DNA from: Bacillota bacterium
Lineage (GTDB): Bacteria > Bacillota > Clostridia > Monoglobales > Firm-18
Direction of reading: 5' to 3'
Length of the DNA: 64,000 nucleotides
Assembly (NCBI GenBank): GCA_023228885.1
Contig: JALOAJ010000014.1
Coordinates: 973 to 64,972 of the forward strand
Shown here: positions 41,825 to 50,589 of the stretch, piece by piece
Numbering within the stretch: the stretch's first letter is position 1
Layout: every line of letters starts with the position of its first letter
Position numbers and translations under genes: made by a program
Notes under the pieces: generated by a model
The model's database searches: none
The model's input: only the letters and a program-made list of their open reading frames with translations
Told to the model about the DNA's origin: nothing

Positions 41825-41839
41825 TAAAACCCAACCCCT

Positions 41840-42469
41840 TTATTTGCCAACCAAGCTTGTGCTTTGTTCCTTATTATGTTTTAAATCATAGCTTCCTTCC
41901 ATTTTAATAACTTTGAAAACTGTTAATATAAAAATTTTCAAATCTAATAAAAATGAGATATTATCCACATAATATAAATCATATTTGAACTTATCTTCCC
42001 ATGACAAGCTGTTTCTTCCATTAATTTGTGCATACCCTGTTACACCGGGCTTAACATTAAATCTTATTTTAGCATCAAGCGGATAATTGCTATATTTATA
42101 AGGATGATATGTAACTGGTGGTCTTGGACCAATGAAACTCATTTCACCTTTTAAAATATTGAACAACTGGGGAAGCTCATCCAGGCTTGAGGTTCGAAGA
42201 AATTCACCTACTTTAGTTACCCGTGTATCGTTCTTGTATGAGTTAAGTCCTGTTCCTACTTTCTCTGCATCTTCCACCATAGTTCTAAACTTATAAATGT
42301 CGAAGTGCTTACCATCTTTCCCAATGCGCTGTTGCTTGAAGAAAATAGCGCCTTTAGAATCAACTTTGATTAATATTGATATTATGATCATGACTGGGGG
42401 CAACAATGTTAAAGCAATAGCACAAAAGATTATATCCAAAGCCCTTTTAACATATTGATACATGTCCAA
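41840..42469 (-). CDS. Small monotopic phosphoglycosyl transferase (bacterial sugar transferase, PglC/WbaP C-domain type), initiating enzyme
   Basis: KRALDI......L, F.Q.R.G..GK.F..YKFRTM, DELPQL.N.LKGEMS.IGPRP motifs. 209 aa. Confidence 0.9.
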   Translation of the reverse strand: MDMYQYVKRALDIIFCAIALTLLPPVMIIISILIKVDSKGAIFFKQQRIGKDGKHFDIYKFRTMVEDAEKVGTGLNSYKNDTRVTKVGEFLRTSSLDELPQLFNILKGEMSFIGPRPPVTYHPYKYSNYPLDAKIRFNVKPGVTGYAQINGRNSLSWEDKFKYDLYYVDNISFLLDLKIFILTVFKVIKMEGSYDLKHNKEQSTSLVGK

Positions 42470-42535
42470 CTATCTCCCTTATATCTTTTACATTTACAAT
42501 GTTTTGCATTTTAAGTCTGCTTATCGCAATCTAAT

Positions 42536-43369
42536 TCAAACTATTCCAGTTGCCAATACGGCTACTATTTCAGATACTGCATGCTTAATTTCCCTTTGAT
42601 TCACTTCATAAAACTCTTTCGATTTTTCTACAAGCATATTTTCGAAACGCCGGATATTACTTATTCCTTGTGCAAACAATTTGTTTACATCTTTCAAGTT
42701 TTTAGTTGTATTCATATCACAAAAACTCCGAGATAAAATAGCCAAACTCGATGATAAGCGATAGTGTTCGGCTATTATATTCTCTGCCTTCAACATACCC
42801 TGACCAATTTGTGCTATTCCGCCAAAACCATAAACAATGTTCTTCTGTTTAATTTTATTACACAACATTTCTATTGTGCCATCGGCTAAAAGCTCAAACA
42901 TAAACATCATGTTATATCCAAGATGCAAATCATTAAGCCCTATATGCACATAATCAATCCCATTGACTGATAGAACGGAATCAATATTTTCAACTGCCTC
43001 CGGAGTTTCCAAAAGCAGGCATGACCTACACCTTCCATTTATAAGCCCTATAAATTCCTGTACCTCATCCTTGTTCTTAAAAAAGGGGAGCATTATAATA
43101 TTTGCCCCATTACATATAACATTATCAATCTCATCTTTTGTGCCTTCATAAATTGGATTAATTCTTACAATTAGCTCTGATTTAGTTAAAACCTGCCTAA
43201 TCTTTCTTACATCTTTTATGCTATGATGCGATATGACTGTATCCAAATGAGCTTGCCTTTCTTTTTTTCCGTTAATCTCAAGATCAACAAAGATCCAATC
43301 AACACCACTTTTTTCAGCTATTCGTGCTACTTCTTGATCGTTCGTAATATACATCAACTTTAAAGCCAC
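42536..43369 (-). CDS. HpcH/HpaI aldolase / citrate-lyase-beta-like TIM-barrel protein
   Basis: DWIFVDLE, IVRIN, MLPF, ETPEAVENID and IGLNDL patterns resemble the HpcH_HpaI family. The likely start is GTG at 43369, 7 nt after GAGGT, with ATG 43354 as the alternative. First gene of the glycan operon. Confidence 0.5.
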   Translation of the reverse strand: MALKLMYITNDQEVARIAEKSGVDWIFVDLEINGKKERQAHLDTVISHHSIKDVRKIRQVLTKSELIVRINPIYEGTKDEIDNVICNGANIIMLPFFKNKDEVQEFIGLINGRCRSCLLLETPEAVENIDSVLSVNGIDYVHIGLNDLHLGYNMMFMFELLADGTIEMLCNKIKQKNIVYGFGGIAQIGQGMLKAENIIAEHYRLSSSLAILSRSFCDMNTTKNLKDVNKLFAQGISNIRRFENMLVEKSKEFYEVNQREIKHAVSEIVAVLATGIV

Positions 43370-43540
43370 TATGTACACCTCACTATTTTTATAGATTGAT
43401 TAAACATAAAACAAAGCAAACTTTTTATAATTCGGCATATAATATTAGTGATTTTATAATATTTGCACCGGACTTTTTAATGTATATATCTTTTATAGCT
43501 ATTTGTAATTTAAAATAGGGTTTTCCCCTCCCATGCAAAA

Positions 43541-43569
43541 ATTATACTACAAAAAACAGAATATGGCAA
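43541..43569 (-). promoter_or_regulatory. Candidate sigma-A promoter of the glycan operon
   Basis: Minus strand reads TTGCCA, a 17-nt spacer, then TATAAT. This leaves an AT-rich leader of about 165 nt. Confidence 0.4.
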
Positions 43570-43698
43570 GGGTTTTTGTTTGAATTTGATAGTTCTTGCT
43601 CTTGGCTAAGCAAAAAAGAGTTTAAGCGCCGGGTTAAAAAAACAGTCTATCCGTAGTTTAAGGATGTCAGACCGCGCCCACACGAAGATTTATGTTTG

Positions 43699-44439
43699 CT
43701 ATTTTGCCAAGACATCTTGAATAACATATTTTTTCTCGTTAATATAGAGAATTTCATCCGTTTCCCATCGTAGCGTCATTGTTTCAAACTCGCCCCATCT
43801 ACCTGTATAAATCCTTTCCGGGCTTTTTTTAAGTTCCCCTACAAAAAGATTTATATTTTGGCTTTGCCGGGTAACATTCACAAAGGTGTTTCCGCCTAAT
43901 GCACCTTGACTGTTATCTATAATTTCCACTAAATATATGGAGTTTGGTGACAATTCGGATTTTACCACCGTATTTGATCCAAAATCAAAAAAGAATATAC
44001 TTATAAACAATATAAAAAATATCATCATAAACAGAAAAGAGTACACCAAACCTAACCCAAATTTAACTGCTTTTGCAACTTTGCTCGAAAGAAACATGAG
44101 CATACTACATATTAATGCTAAATAAGACTGTGTAATGTATAAATGGGTGTTTATTTCTTTTGTACCTACCGCAGTCCTTTTTGTGATAACAAAGAAAATT
44201 GCAATCAAAGGCAAAAACATGGAGAAACCATTGGATAGTTTTATTTTTTCATTTCTATTTCTAATTCCGCCGAAAGTAAACGCAAGTATTAGCACGGTAA
44301 TAGAACCATTTAGCATTGCTGTGTTAAACGGAACAAAGGTATATTCCAGCAACATTGTTAAAAGGTAAAAGCCACCAGCCGCCAACAAAAAGACAGCCAA
44401 TGCAACAGAAGATAATTTAACCATTATTTTGGTTTTCAT
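43699..44439 (-). CDS. Hypothetical membrane protein with a C-terminal extracytoplasmic domain
   Basis: 246 aa with about 5 TM segments, then a soluble C-terminal domain (SPNSIYLVEIIDNSQGALGGNTFVNV...). I cannot assign a function. Confidence 0.5.
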   Translation of the reverse strand: MKTKIMVKLSSVALAVFLLAAGGFYLLTMLLEYTFVPFNTAMLNGSITVLILAFTFGGIRNRNEKIKLSNGFSMFLPLIAIFFVITKRTAVGTKEINTHLYITQSYLALICSMLMFLSSKVAKAVKFGLGLVYSFLFMMIFFILFISIFFFDFGSNTVVKSELSPNSIYLVEIIDNSQGALGGNTFVNVTRQSQNINLFVGELKKSPERIYTGRWGEFETMTLRWETDEILYINEKKYVIQDVLAK

Positions 44440-44536
44440 GTCTTACCTCATCACACTTCTTCTTTGTAGGATATTGCTTGTTTAAATACATTTTAAAGGG
44501 TTAAACAAAACAGCCCCCACTATTGACAAAGAGCCT

Positions 44537-44573
44537 TAAAAAATAAAAACCTTGAAAGTATGATATTCCAAGG
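44537..44573 (-). terminator. Rho-independent terminator downstream of tRNA-Arg
   Basis: Minus strand reads CCTTGGAATATCATACTTTCAAGG followed by TTTTTTATTTTTT. Confidence 0.7.
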
Positions 44574-44577
44574 CTTT

Positions 44578-44654
44578 TGGCGCACCTGCCGCGATTCGAA
44601 CGCGGGGCCTTTCGCTTAGGAGGCGAACGCTCTATCCTGCTGAGCTACAGGCGC
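44578..44654 (-). tRNA. tRNA-Arg (anticodon CCT)
   Basis: Cloverleaf folded by hand: acceptor GCGCCTG/CAGGTGC, D-arm GCTC-AGCAGGATA-GAGC, anticodon arm TTCGC-CTCCTAA-GCGAA, T-arm CCGCG-TTCGAAT-CGCGG, with an encoded CCA. Confidence 0.9.
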
Positions 44655-44706
44655 ATATGCAAAGGTTTATTCAGTTTTTTGTTGTTGCTGCTAAAACAAC
44701 AGTTAT

Positions 44707-44735
44707 AATATAACATGGGTTTTCAAACATGTCAA
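44707..44735 (-). promoter_or_regulatory. Candidate promoter for tRNA-Arg
   Basis: Minus strand reads TTGACA, a 17-nt spacer, then TATATT, about 50 nt upstream of the tRNA 5' end. Confidence 0.5.
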
Positions 44736-44753
44736 GGGTAGTTCGCTGTTTTT

Positions 44754-44951
44754 TTAGTCGACCCACAAATCATCAACCAGCGCTTGCATTCGCTTTTTTC
44801 TTGCGTCGCTTTCTTCTTTATCGATTGATATAATAACTACATCCCCCTCCTTTGCGTTTGGGACTAACTCTTTCGGAAGGTTTATGGTTTTTTTGTCTGC
44901 CGTTTCAACTACGGCAAAATCGCCCTCAAACCGGTCTATTATAACTTTCAA
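44754..44951 (-). CDS. DUF3006-like small protein
   Basis: The pattern IIDRFEGDFAVVE.....I.LPK.L.P...EGDV is typical of DUF3006. The likely start is TTG at 44951, 7 nt after GGGAGGAGG and just after the upstream stop. Confidence 0.65.
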   Translation of the reverse strand: MKVIIDRFEGDFAVVETADKKTINLPKELVPNAKEGDVVIISIDKEESDARKKRMQALVDDLWVD

Positions 44952-44952
44952 G

Positions 44953-46161
44953 TCAATCCTCCTCCCGCTCATTATTAACGCTGACTGACATATTATTTCC
45001 GTTTGAAGTTATTATTACTGTGCCGTCAGAATCCGTTCTAAAAACCTTAACACCAAAATTATCAAGCAGGGATATAACTGTTGGAGAAGGGTGCCCGTAA
45101 CTATTTGCTTTGCCAACGGAAATAACTGCATACTCAGGCAAAACCCTGCTCAAAAACAGCTCTGAGGTAGATGTGTCGGAGCCATGATGACCAACCTTTA
45201 AAACATTTGACCCTATATCCTCTGTTATTTGATTTTCGGATAATTTTTCAGCATCGCCCATGAACAAAAAAACATTATTAAGATAAGTAATTTTAACAAC
45301 CGCTGAATAGTTATTTAAATTGGCGTATTCCTGCTCGACAGGGGCAATGAATTTTGCGCAAAATCCATTTGTATCAATAATGCCAATCCCCGCTTTGGCG
45401 GTATGCACCAAAAGACCCTTTTTATCAATTGCATTTAAAAGGTTTTCAAATGTTTTAGTAGTGTGGGATACCTTTGGCATAAAAACCATGCCTATATCAA
45501 ACGCATTGATAATGTCGGTCAAACCGCCTATATGGTCTGAATGGGGATGTGTGCCTATAACATAGTCCAAAAGGGTTATTCCTTGTGATTTAATGTATTG
45601 CACAACAAAAGGACCGTTGCTGCTTTCTCCGGCGTCTATAAGCATACTCTGCCCGTTTGGAAACTTTATCAAAATGCTGTCTGCCTGACCCACATCTAAA
45701 TAATGCACTTCAAAATCGCGTAACGGTTTTTTATCCGTTATATAAACTGTGTTGGTTTGCTCTTGCCAACCGACAAAACAGCCAATGCTTTCCGCAACAA
45801 ACCGCACCGGCACAAAAGTTCTGCCATTCACGATTTTCGCGGGAACATCAAGTTCTATATCCCTTCCATTCGCCTTTGCATTAGCGCTATCCACCGTGAG
45901 GACAATTTTTGTCATGCCCTTATTGCATACTATGGTTTGGGTGTGCTCATCCCACACCACCTCTGCATCTAATGCCTCAAAAACTGCACGAACCGGCACT
46001 AACACCCTGCCATTTTCATTAAACGGCTGCTGGTCAAAGAGTATGTCAACATCATTTACATAAACCTTTATGGCTTCACCCGCAAAGGCGTATATTACGG
46101 ATAAAATTAAAAAAACAGCCGCAAACAAAAAAACCCGATGCTTTACCTTACCCTTAAACAT
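44953..46161 (-). CDS. Secreted/anchored protein with a copper-amine-oxidase N-terminal-like domain plus an MBL-fold hydrolase (ComEC C-terminal-like)
   Basis: N-terminal TM/signal segment, two stalk repeats (GRVLVPVRAVFEALDAEV.WD, GRTFVPVRFVAESIG) and MBL motifs (HPHSDHIGG, GDAE, KVGHHGS). Confidence 0.8.
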   Translation of the reverse strand: MFKGKVKHRVFLFAAVFLILSVIYAFAGEAIKVYVNDVDILFDQQPFNENGRVLVPVRAVFEALDAEVVWDEHTQTIVCNKGMTKIVLTVDSANAKANGRDIELDVPAKIVNGRTFVPVRFVAESIGCFVGWQEQTNTVYITDKKPLRDFEVHYLDVGQADSILIKFPNGQSMLIDAGESSNGPFVVQYIKSQGITLLDYVIGTHPHSDHIGGLTDIINAFDIGMVFMPKVSHTTKTFENLLNAIDKKGLLVHTAKAGIGIIDTNGFCAKFIAPVEQEYANLNNYSAVVKITYLNNVFLFMGDAEKLSENQITEDIGSNVLKVGHHGSDTSTSELFLSRVLPEYAVISVGKANSYGHPSPTVISLLDNFGVKVFRTDSDGTVIITSNGNNMSVSVNNEREED

Positions 46162-46170
46162 AGCTGCCCC

Positions 46171-47472
46171 CTATTCGTTTTTTCCGCTGCTTTTGCCCTC
46201 TAATAACAGCATCTCGGCGGCAAGCTTTTTAACGCGCTCTCTAAGCTTGAACACACAGTCGGTTTCCACCGCATAACCCCTTATAATATCCTCTGCAAGA
46301 GCTTTACACGACGGCGCCCCGCATGAACCGCAATCAAGCTGCGGAAGACCTTCATATATTTCTTCAATTCGTTCAAGCTTCGCCATTGCTTGCTCTAAAT
46401 TATCGTCAAGCTTCATCACCTGCTCAAACTTAAGCGGCACCTTCCACCGGGACGCATTATAGATATCATCGCTCCATCCGTAAATGGACGGCGATAGTGT
46501 GGTGTTGTCAAGGATTGACGATATCCTTGTTGTGGCAACAAAAGAATTTTCCACCGTTAGCGGACCGCCTACACAGCCGCCCACACATGCAGAAGCCTCG
46601 ACAAAATCAATATCATCAAGCGTTTCATTTTCAAGCTCTTCAAGCACTTTTATAACATTCCAAATTCCGTCTACTGAAATATGGTGCTCACTTTCAAGCG
46701 CGGAGCTTTCCCCGCCGTTATTTGCCCATGATATACCTTCAAGTTGTGCGGTAGCAAGCTGCTCGGGATTTTTAAGATGCTTTAAAACAGGCAAAAGCCG
46801 CAAATACAACTCCTTCATCGAAATGCAGCCGTCAACCAACGAACTTTCAACGCCAATCGGCGAATAGGTGCATGTCACCTTTGCGGCGCAAGGGGTTATA
46901 AAAAAAGCGCCGATTTCGTTCGGCTTTATACCTGTTTCAATGATTGCCTTTTCCTTCGCAAGCCATGCCCCAAGCTCAATAGGCGCTAAAATAGGCACAA
47001 CATTCGGAACAAGGCTTGGGAATTTAATGCGTATAAGCCTTATAATCGCAGGGCAGGCGGAGCTAATCAGCGGCTTTGCGTAATCGCCTTCTTTTATAAA
47101 CTTCCTTGTGGCCTCCGTTACAAGTTCGGCTGCACGGGCAACTTCAAAAACCTCATCAAACCCAAGCGCTTTAATTCCCGTTAGTATTGCATTTATATCC
47201 GGCTTGTTTTTAAACTGCAAATACATTGACGGAGCCACAAGCGCAATTTTATATTTAAAATCAAAAATCCGGCTAAAATCATCGGTAATTGCCTTTTTCG
47301 CATGATATGGGCACACCTTAATACATTCACCGCAATCTATACAGCGCTCGTTTATTATTTTTGCTTTTCCATCCCGCACTCGTATCGCCTCGGTAGGGCA
47401 ATGTTTAATGCAATTTGTACAGCCCTTGCACTTTTCAGTATCTAAAGTTACCGAATGAAAATACTGCTTCAT
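46171..47472 (-). CDS. [FeFe]-hydrogenase-like protein (2x4Fe-4S ferredoxin domain + H-cluster domain + C-terminal Cys motif), probably sensory
   Basis: CKGCTNCIKHCP and CIDCGECIKVCP ferredoxin motifs. H-cluster-like motifs SSACPA (consensus TSCCP), TPCAAK (consensus MPCxxK) and EASACVGGCVGGP (consensus ExMACxxGCxxGGGQP). C-terminal CGSCGAPSC. ATG at 47472 after GGGGG. Confidence 0.8.
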   Translation of the reverse strand: MKQYFHSVTLDTEKCKGCTNCIKHCPTEAIRVRDGKAKIINERCIDCGECIKVCPYHAKKAITDDFSRIFDFKYKIALVAPSMYLQFKNKPDINAILTGIKALGFDEVFEVARAAELVTEATRKFIKEGDYAKPLISSACPAIIRLIRIKFPSLVPNVVPILAPIELGAWLAKEKAIIETGIKPNEIGAFFITPCAAKVTCTYSPIGVESSLVDGCISMKELYLRLLPVLKHLKNPEQLATAQLEGISWANNGGESSALESEHHISVDGIWNVIKVLEELENETLDDIDFVEASACVGGCVGGPLTVENSFVATTRISSILDNTTLSPSIYGWSDDIYNASRWKVPLKFEQVMKLDDNLEQAMAKLERIEEIYEGLPQLDCGSCGAPSCKALAEDIIRGYAVETDCVFKLRERVKKLAAEMLLLEGKSSGKNE

Positions 47473-47506
47473 AAAATTCGCCCCCAAAAAACAAATGCCC
47501 CAAACC

Positions 47507-47950
47507 TTATATATTGGGTTGTTTACCCGCTATATATATAACCATTTCAACAGAAGTCCCTTTTCCTACATTAGTTTTTATCTTTATTTCATCTGTGTAA
47601 TTTTTTATATTAGGCAGCCCCATACCGGCGCCAAAGCCCAACTGACGAATACTGTTTGGCGCGGTCGAGTAACCCTCTTTCATTGCAAGCTCCACATCCG
47701 GTATACCCGGCCCATTATCAGACACCGTGATGCAAATCTTTTCGGGGTTTATAACAACATCGGCAAACCCGCCGCCTGCATGAATAACGCAATTCATTTC
47801 AGCTTCATACACCGAAATTGCAACCCTTCTGATAATGTCGGGACTTATTCCAAGCTGCCCAAGCACCTTTTTTATAGAGCTTGACGCCTCGCCCGCCATT
47901 GTAAAATCTTTGCCATCAATATCATAGTGAAGCGCAATGTTGTTAGACAA
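47507..47950 (-). CDS. HATPase_c anti-sigma-factor-like serine kinase (RsbW/SpoIIAB-like ATP-binding protein)
   Basis: N box (E.E.N...HA), G1 (DNGPGI) and G2 (GFGAGMGL) motifs. The likely start is TTG at 47950 after GGGGAGGG. The ORF-track start at 48004 overlaps the upstream gene. Confidence 0.7.
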   Translation of the reverse strand: MSNNIALHYDIDGKDFTMAGEASSSIKKVLGQLGISPDIIRRVAISVYEAEMNCVIHAGGGFADVVINPEKICITVSDNGPGIPDVELAMKEGYSTAPNSIRQLGFGAGMGLPNIKNYTDEIKIKTNVGKGTSVEMVIYIAGKQPNI

Positions 47951-47954
47951 ATTG

Positions 47955-48311
47955 TCAACCCTCCCCGCACATAAGACCGCCATTATACAGCTTTCCGCAT
48001 GCAAGGAACATCGGTAAATCGGTTTGCATTATTGGCATACCCCGTTCATTTGCGAATTTAATAACCTCATCTTCCGGAGTTTTGCCTCTTACAAAGCATA
48101 TCGCCTTTATATCCATCATTTCGGCAGTGCGCACCACCTGAATGTTTACAAGCCCGGTCAACAATAGAACTTCTTCCTTGACAAAAGCCAAGACATCACT
48201 CATAAGGTCGCTCCCGCAGGCAGAGTGAATAGTAATTGTATCAAGTTTTTCCTCGTTTTCGCCGGTGAGAATGCGTGCATCAAGCAGCCCTTTTACCGTT
48301 GTTAACTTCAT
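47955..48311 (-). CDS. DRTGG domain protein
   Basis: ATG at 48311 after GGAGGGG. GSDLMSDVL......LLLTGL.N.QVVRTAEM pattern. The upstream part of the ORF-track ORF (to 48596) runs through tRNA-Leu and is not coding. Confidence 0.7.
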   Translation of the reverse strand: MKLTTVKGLLDARILTGENEEKLDTITIHSACGSDLMSDVLAFVKEEVLLLTGLVNIQVVRTAEMMDIKAICFVRGKTPEDEVIKFANERGMPIMQTDLPMFLACGKLYNGGLMCGEG

Positions 48312-48515
48312 TAGCAATTCCCCTCCAAGTGCATGAGTCTGTTTCCCATACACCGATGTTTGTGTTGTCATTTCATTTTGAACCAATGCCCCAAAGATTA
48401 TAAAATCCAATATCACTACACATAATTCGCCCATAATTGTCGGATGGATTTTCAAATTCGTGTAATAAAATTCGCCCACAGCTGTTGGTGCGAGCGAAAT
48501 AACGGGCAATGCCCG

Positions 48516-48602
48516 TGGTGCGGCTGAAGGGACTTGAACCCCCACCGAATTGCTCCGACTGGCACCTGAAGCCAGCGCGTCTGCCGATTCCGCCACAACC
48601 GC
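48516..48602 (-). tRNA. tRNA-Leu (anticodon CAG)
   Basis: Folded by hand: acceptor GCGGTTG/CAGCCGC (one G-U pair), anticodon arm CTGGC-TTCAGGT-GCCAG, a long variable arm, T-loop TTCAAGT and an encoded CCA. Confidence 0.88.
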
Positions 48603-48640
48603 ACATAAATTTGATATGCAACCCGCATAAGTATGTTTTT

Positions 48641-48669
48641 ATTGTAACATTCAATGTGCCAAATGTCAA
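48641..48669 (-). promoter_or_regulatory. Candidate promoter for tRNA-Leu
   Basis: Minus strand reads TTGACA, a 17-nt spacer, then TACAAT, about 38 nt upstream of the tRNA 5' end. Confidence 0.5.
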
Positions 48670-48822
48670 TAACGCAGCTTTCTTATTTCTGCAAAATAAA
48701 GATATATCGATTTTGTTTTTTAAGTGTTGCCCATTTTGGTGGCGCTTGTAACGAAGCTTGCATTAAATAGTGTATGAAATTTTCACACCTTTAAAAAAAT
48801 TGCAACCGATTATTGTTTAAAA

Positions 48823-50580
48823 TTATCCCTTCTGTTCCTTCAGTCGTATCCCCACCCATACCCCCTCGCCGGGTGCGCTCCGAAATGTTAAGCCATAGCC
48901 GTCGCCGTACGCCAAAACCAATCGTTCGTGTACATTGATTACACCATAGCTTTGTGATTTTGCATTTAGAATCAGCGGGTCAAAATCCATGCCTTTACCA
49001 TTGTCCTCCACCTCGAAAAAAATATCTCCATTTTCATCGCAATAACCGGTGATACTAATCATCCCGCCATGTTCAATATCTTCAAACCCATGTTTTATGG
49101 CGTTTTCTACCAACGGTTGCAAAATAATCTTAGGCATAAGCATTTCCAGCACATCGTCTTGAATTTTGTATGAAATTTCAAACATATCCGGAAATCGCAT
49201 TTGTTCAATTTTGACATAGCTTTCAACATGCCTAATTTCTTCGCTAACCTTTATCATGTTTTCGCCTTTATGTAAACCAATTCTGAAAAATGACGCTAAT
49301 TCATAAATCATATCAGCAATATATAACTGCTTACGCATTTTTGCGTGCCATTGGATGGCATCCAACGCATTATAAATAAAGTGCGGATTTATCTGAGCTT
49401 GTAATGCTTTTAATTCTGCTGTTCTTTGCTTTTCTTTTTCTTCGTTGTTCTTACGAATCAGGTCATTTATTGCTGTAACCATCCGGTTAAAACTATTTTC
49501 CAATGCGGCGATTTCTCGAAATCCTGAAAGCGCCGATGATTCGCTGCCCATAATGAAGCTGTCCATGCAATATTGGAGCTGCGACATTGACATCACTAAC
49601 GACCGTGAAAGCACAAAAACCACTAAAACCGATATTACAATAAGCATAACAACGATTAGTGCAGTCTGTGTTTGCAGCATTTCAACCGCTTTATAAAGTT
49701 TTTTATAAGATAAAAATCCAATGGCTTTCCACTGTGCCCGTGATTCCATATTCAACTGTAAATCTCTCATTTGAAATGAATATTCTCTGCCTCGGTCGCT
49801 TAAAACATATTCCGGCAGATAAAAGCTTTTGTCAATTTGGTTTTTATCCGGGTGCGATAACACAGTGTCATCTGCCATAATGAAAAAAACGCTATCCCCT
49901 TCTGCCGCACCGCTGTATGCAGACTCAATAAAACTTTCACGCACATACATATATAAGTGACCCAGATTATACCCTTGATGAAAGTTATATATCCGGTTAA
50001 TGAAAACCAAATATCTTTCTCCGGCATCGTCCGTGACTGTTCTTTCAAAAACTGCAATTTTCGTGGGGCTTATCAGCTCTGAAGTTCCCTCGTTTATGTC
50101 ATTGATAATCGTCGTTCCAACGGCAAAGCTTTCCCCGGAAGCCATAATCATTTGCACGCCGGAAATAAGCATATCCGTTTCTAAATAACCGTTCAAAATT
50201 TCATATATTTGAGATTCCCTGTCACCCGGGGACAATTTTTCGTTTTTCAATGCATTATAAAGGGCGCTATCGGAAGATAGGGCTGTCGAAAACATGTTCA
50301 ATTGGTAAATATAGTTGTTTATATAGCCCTCTATATTACTGTATATCCCGGAAAGGTAATGTTCGGTATAGACATTTGCGACCGAGTTTTTCGCAAAAAT
50401 GACTGCCGTCAAATATGCCGCAATGCATGAGCCAAGAAGAAAAACTAACATTAACGAGATTAATTTGTTCGCAACCGTCCTCAATCGTCGACTTGACGCG
50501 TCACCCTTTACCGACCTTTTCAAGCAACTCGACCCATCTTGTGAAATATCAAGAATTTTAAACAGTTTCAAAATTCTCAC
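48823..50580 (-). CDS. Sensor histidine kinase, YesM-like (TM - extracytoplasmic domain - TM - HAMP - His_kinase - HATPase)
   Basis: LQAQINPHFIYNALD H-box typical of the LytS/YesM class, an N box (PLVENAIKHG) and a G box (DNGKGM). 585 aa. Confidence 0.87.
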   Translation of the reverse strand: MRILKLFKILDISQDGSSCLKRSVKGDASSRRLRTVANKLISLMLVFLLGSCIAAYLTAVIFAKNSVANVYTEHYLSGIYSNIEGYINNYIYQLNMFSTALSSDSALYNALKNEKLSPGDRESQIYEILNGYLETDMLISGVQMIMASGESFAVGTTIINDINEGTSELISPTKIAVFERTVTDDAGERYLVFINRIYNFHQGYNLGHLYMYVRESFIESAYSGAAEGDSVFFIMADDTVLSHPDKNQIDKSFYLPEYVLSDRGREYSFQMRDLQLNMESRAQWKAIGFLSYKKLYKAVEMLQTQTALIVVMLIVISVLVVFVLSRSLVMSMSQLQYCMDSFIMGSESSALSGFREIAALENSFNRMVTAINDLIRKNNEEKEKQRTAELKALQAQINPHFIYNALDAIQWHAKMRKQLYIADMIYELASFFRIGLHKGENMIKVSEEIRHVESYVKIEQMRFPDMFEISYKIQDDVLEMLMPKIILQPLVENAIKHGFEDIEHGGMISITGYCDENGDIFFEVEDNGKGMDFDPLILNAKSQSYGVINVHERLVLAYGDGYGLTFRSAPGEGVWVGIRLKEQKG

Positions 50581-50589
50581 ACCCTAATT

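Noticed and set aside
48312-48596. N-terminal 95 codons of the 213-aa ORF (47955..48596), and the 98-aa ORF at 48373..48669
   Set aside because: Both run straight through tRNA-Leu(CAG) and its terminator. A good RBS and ATG at 48311 gives a normal-length DRTGG protein.
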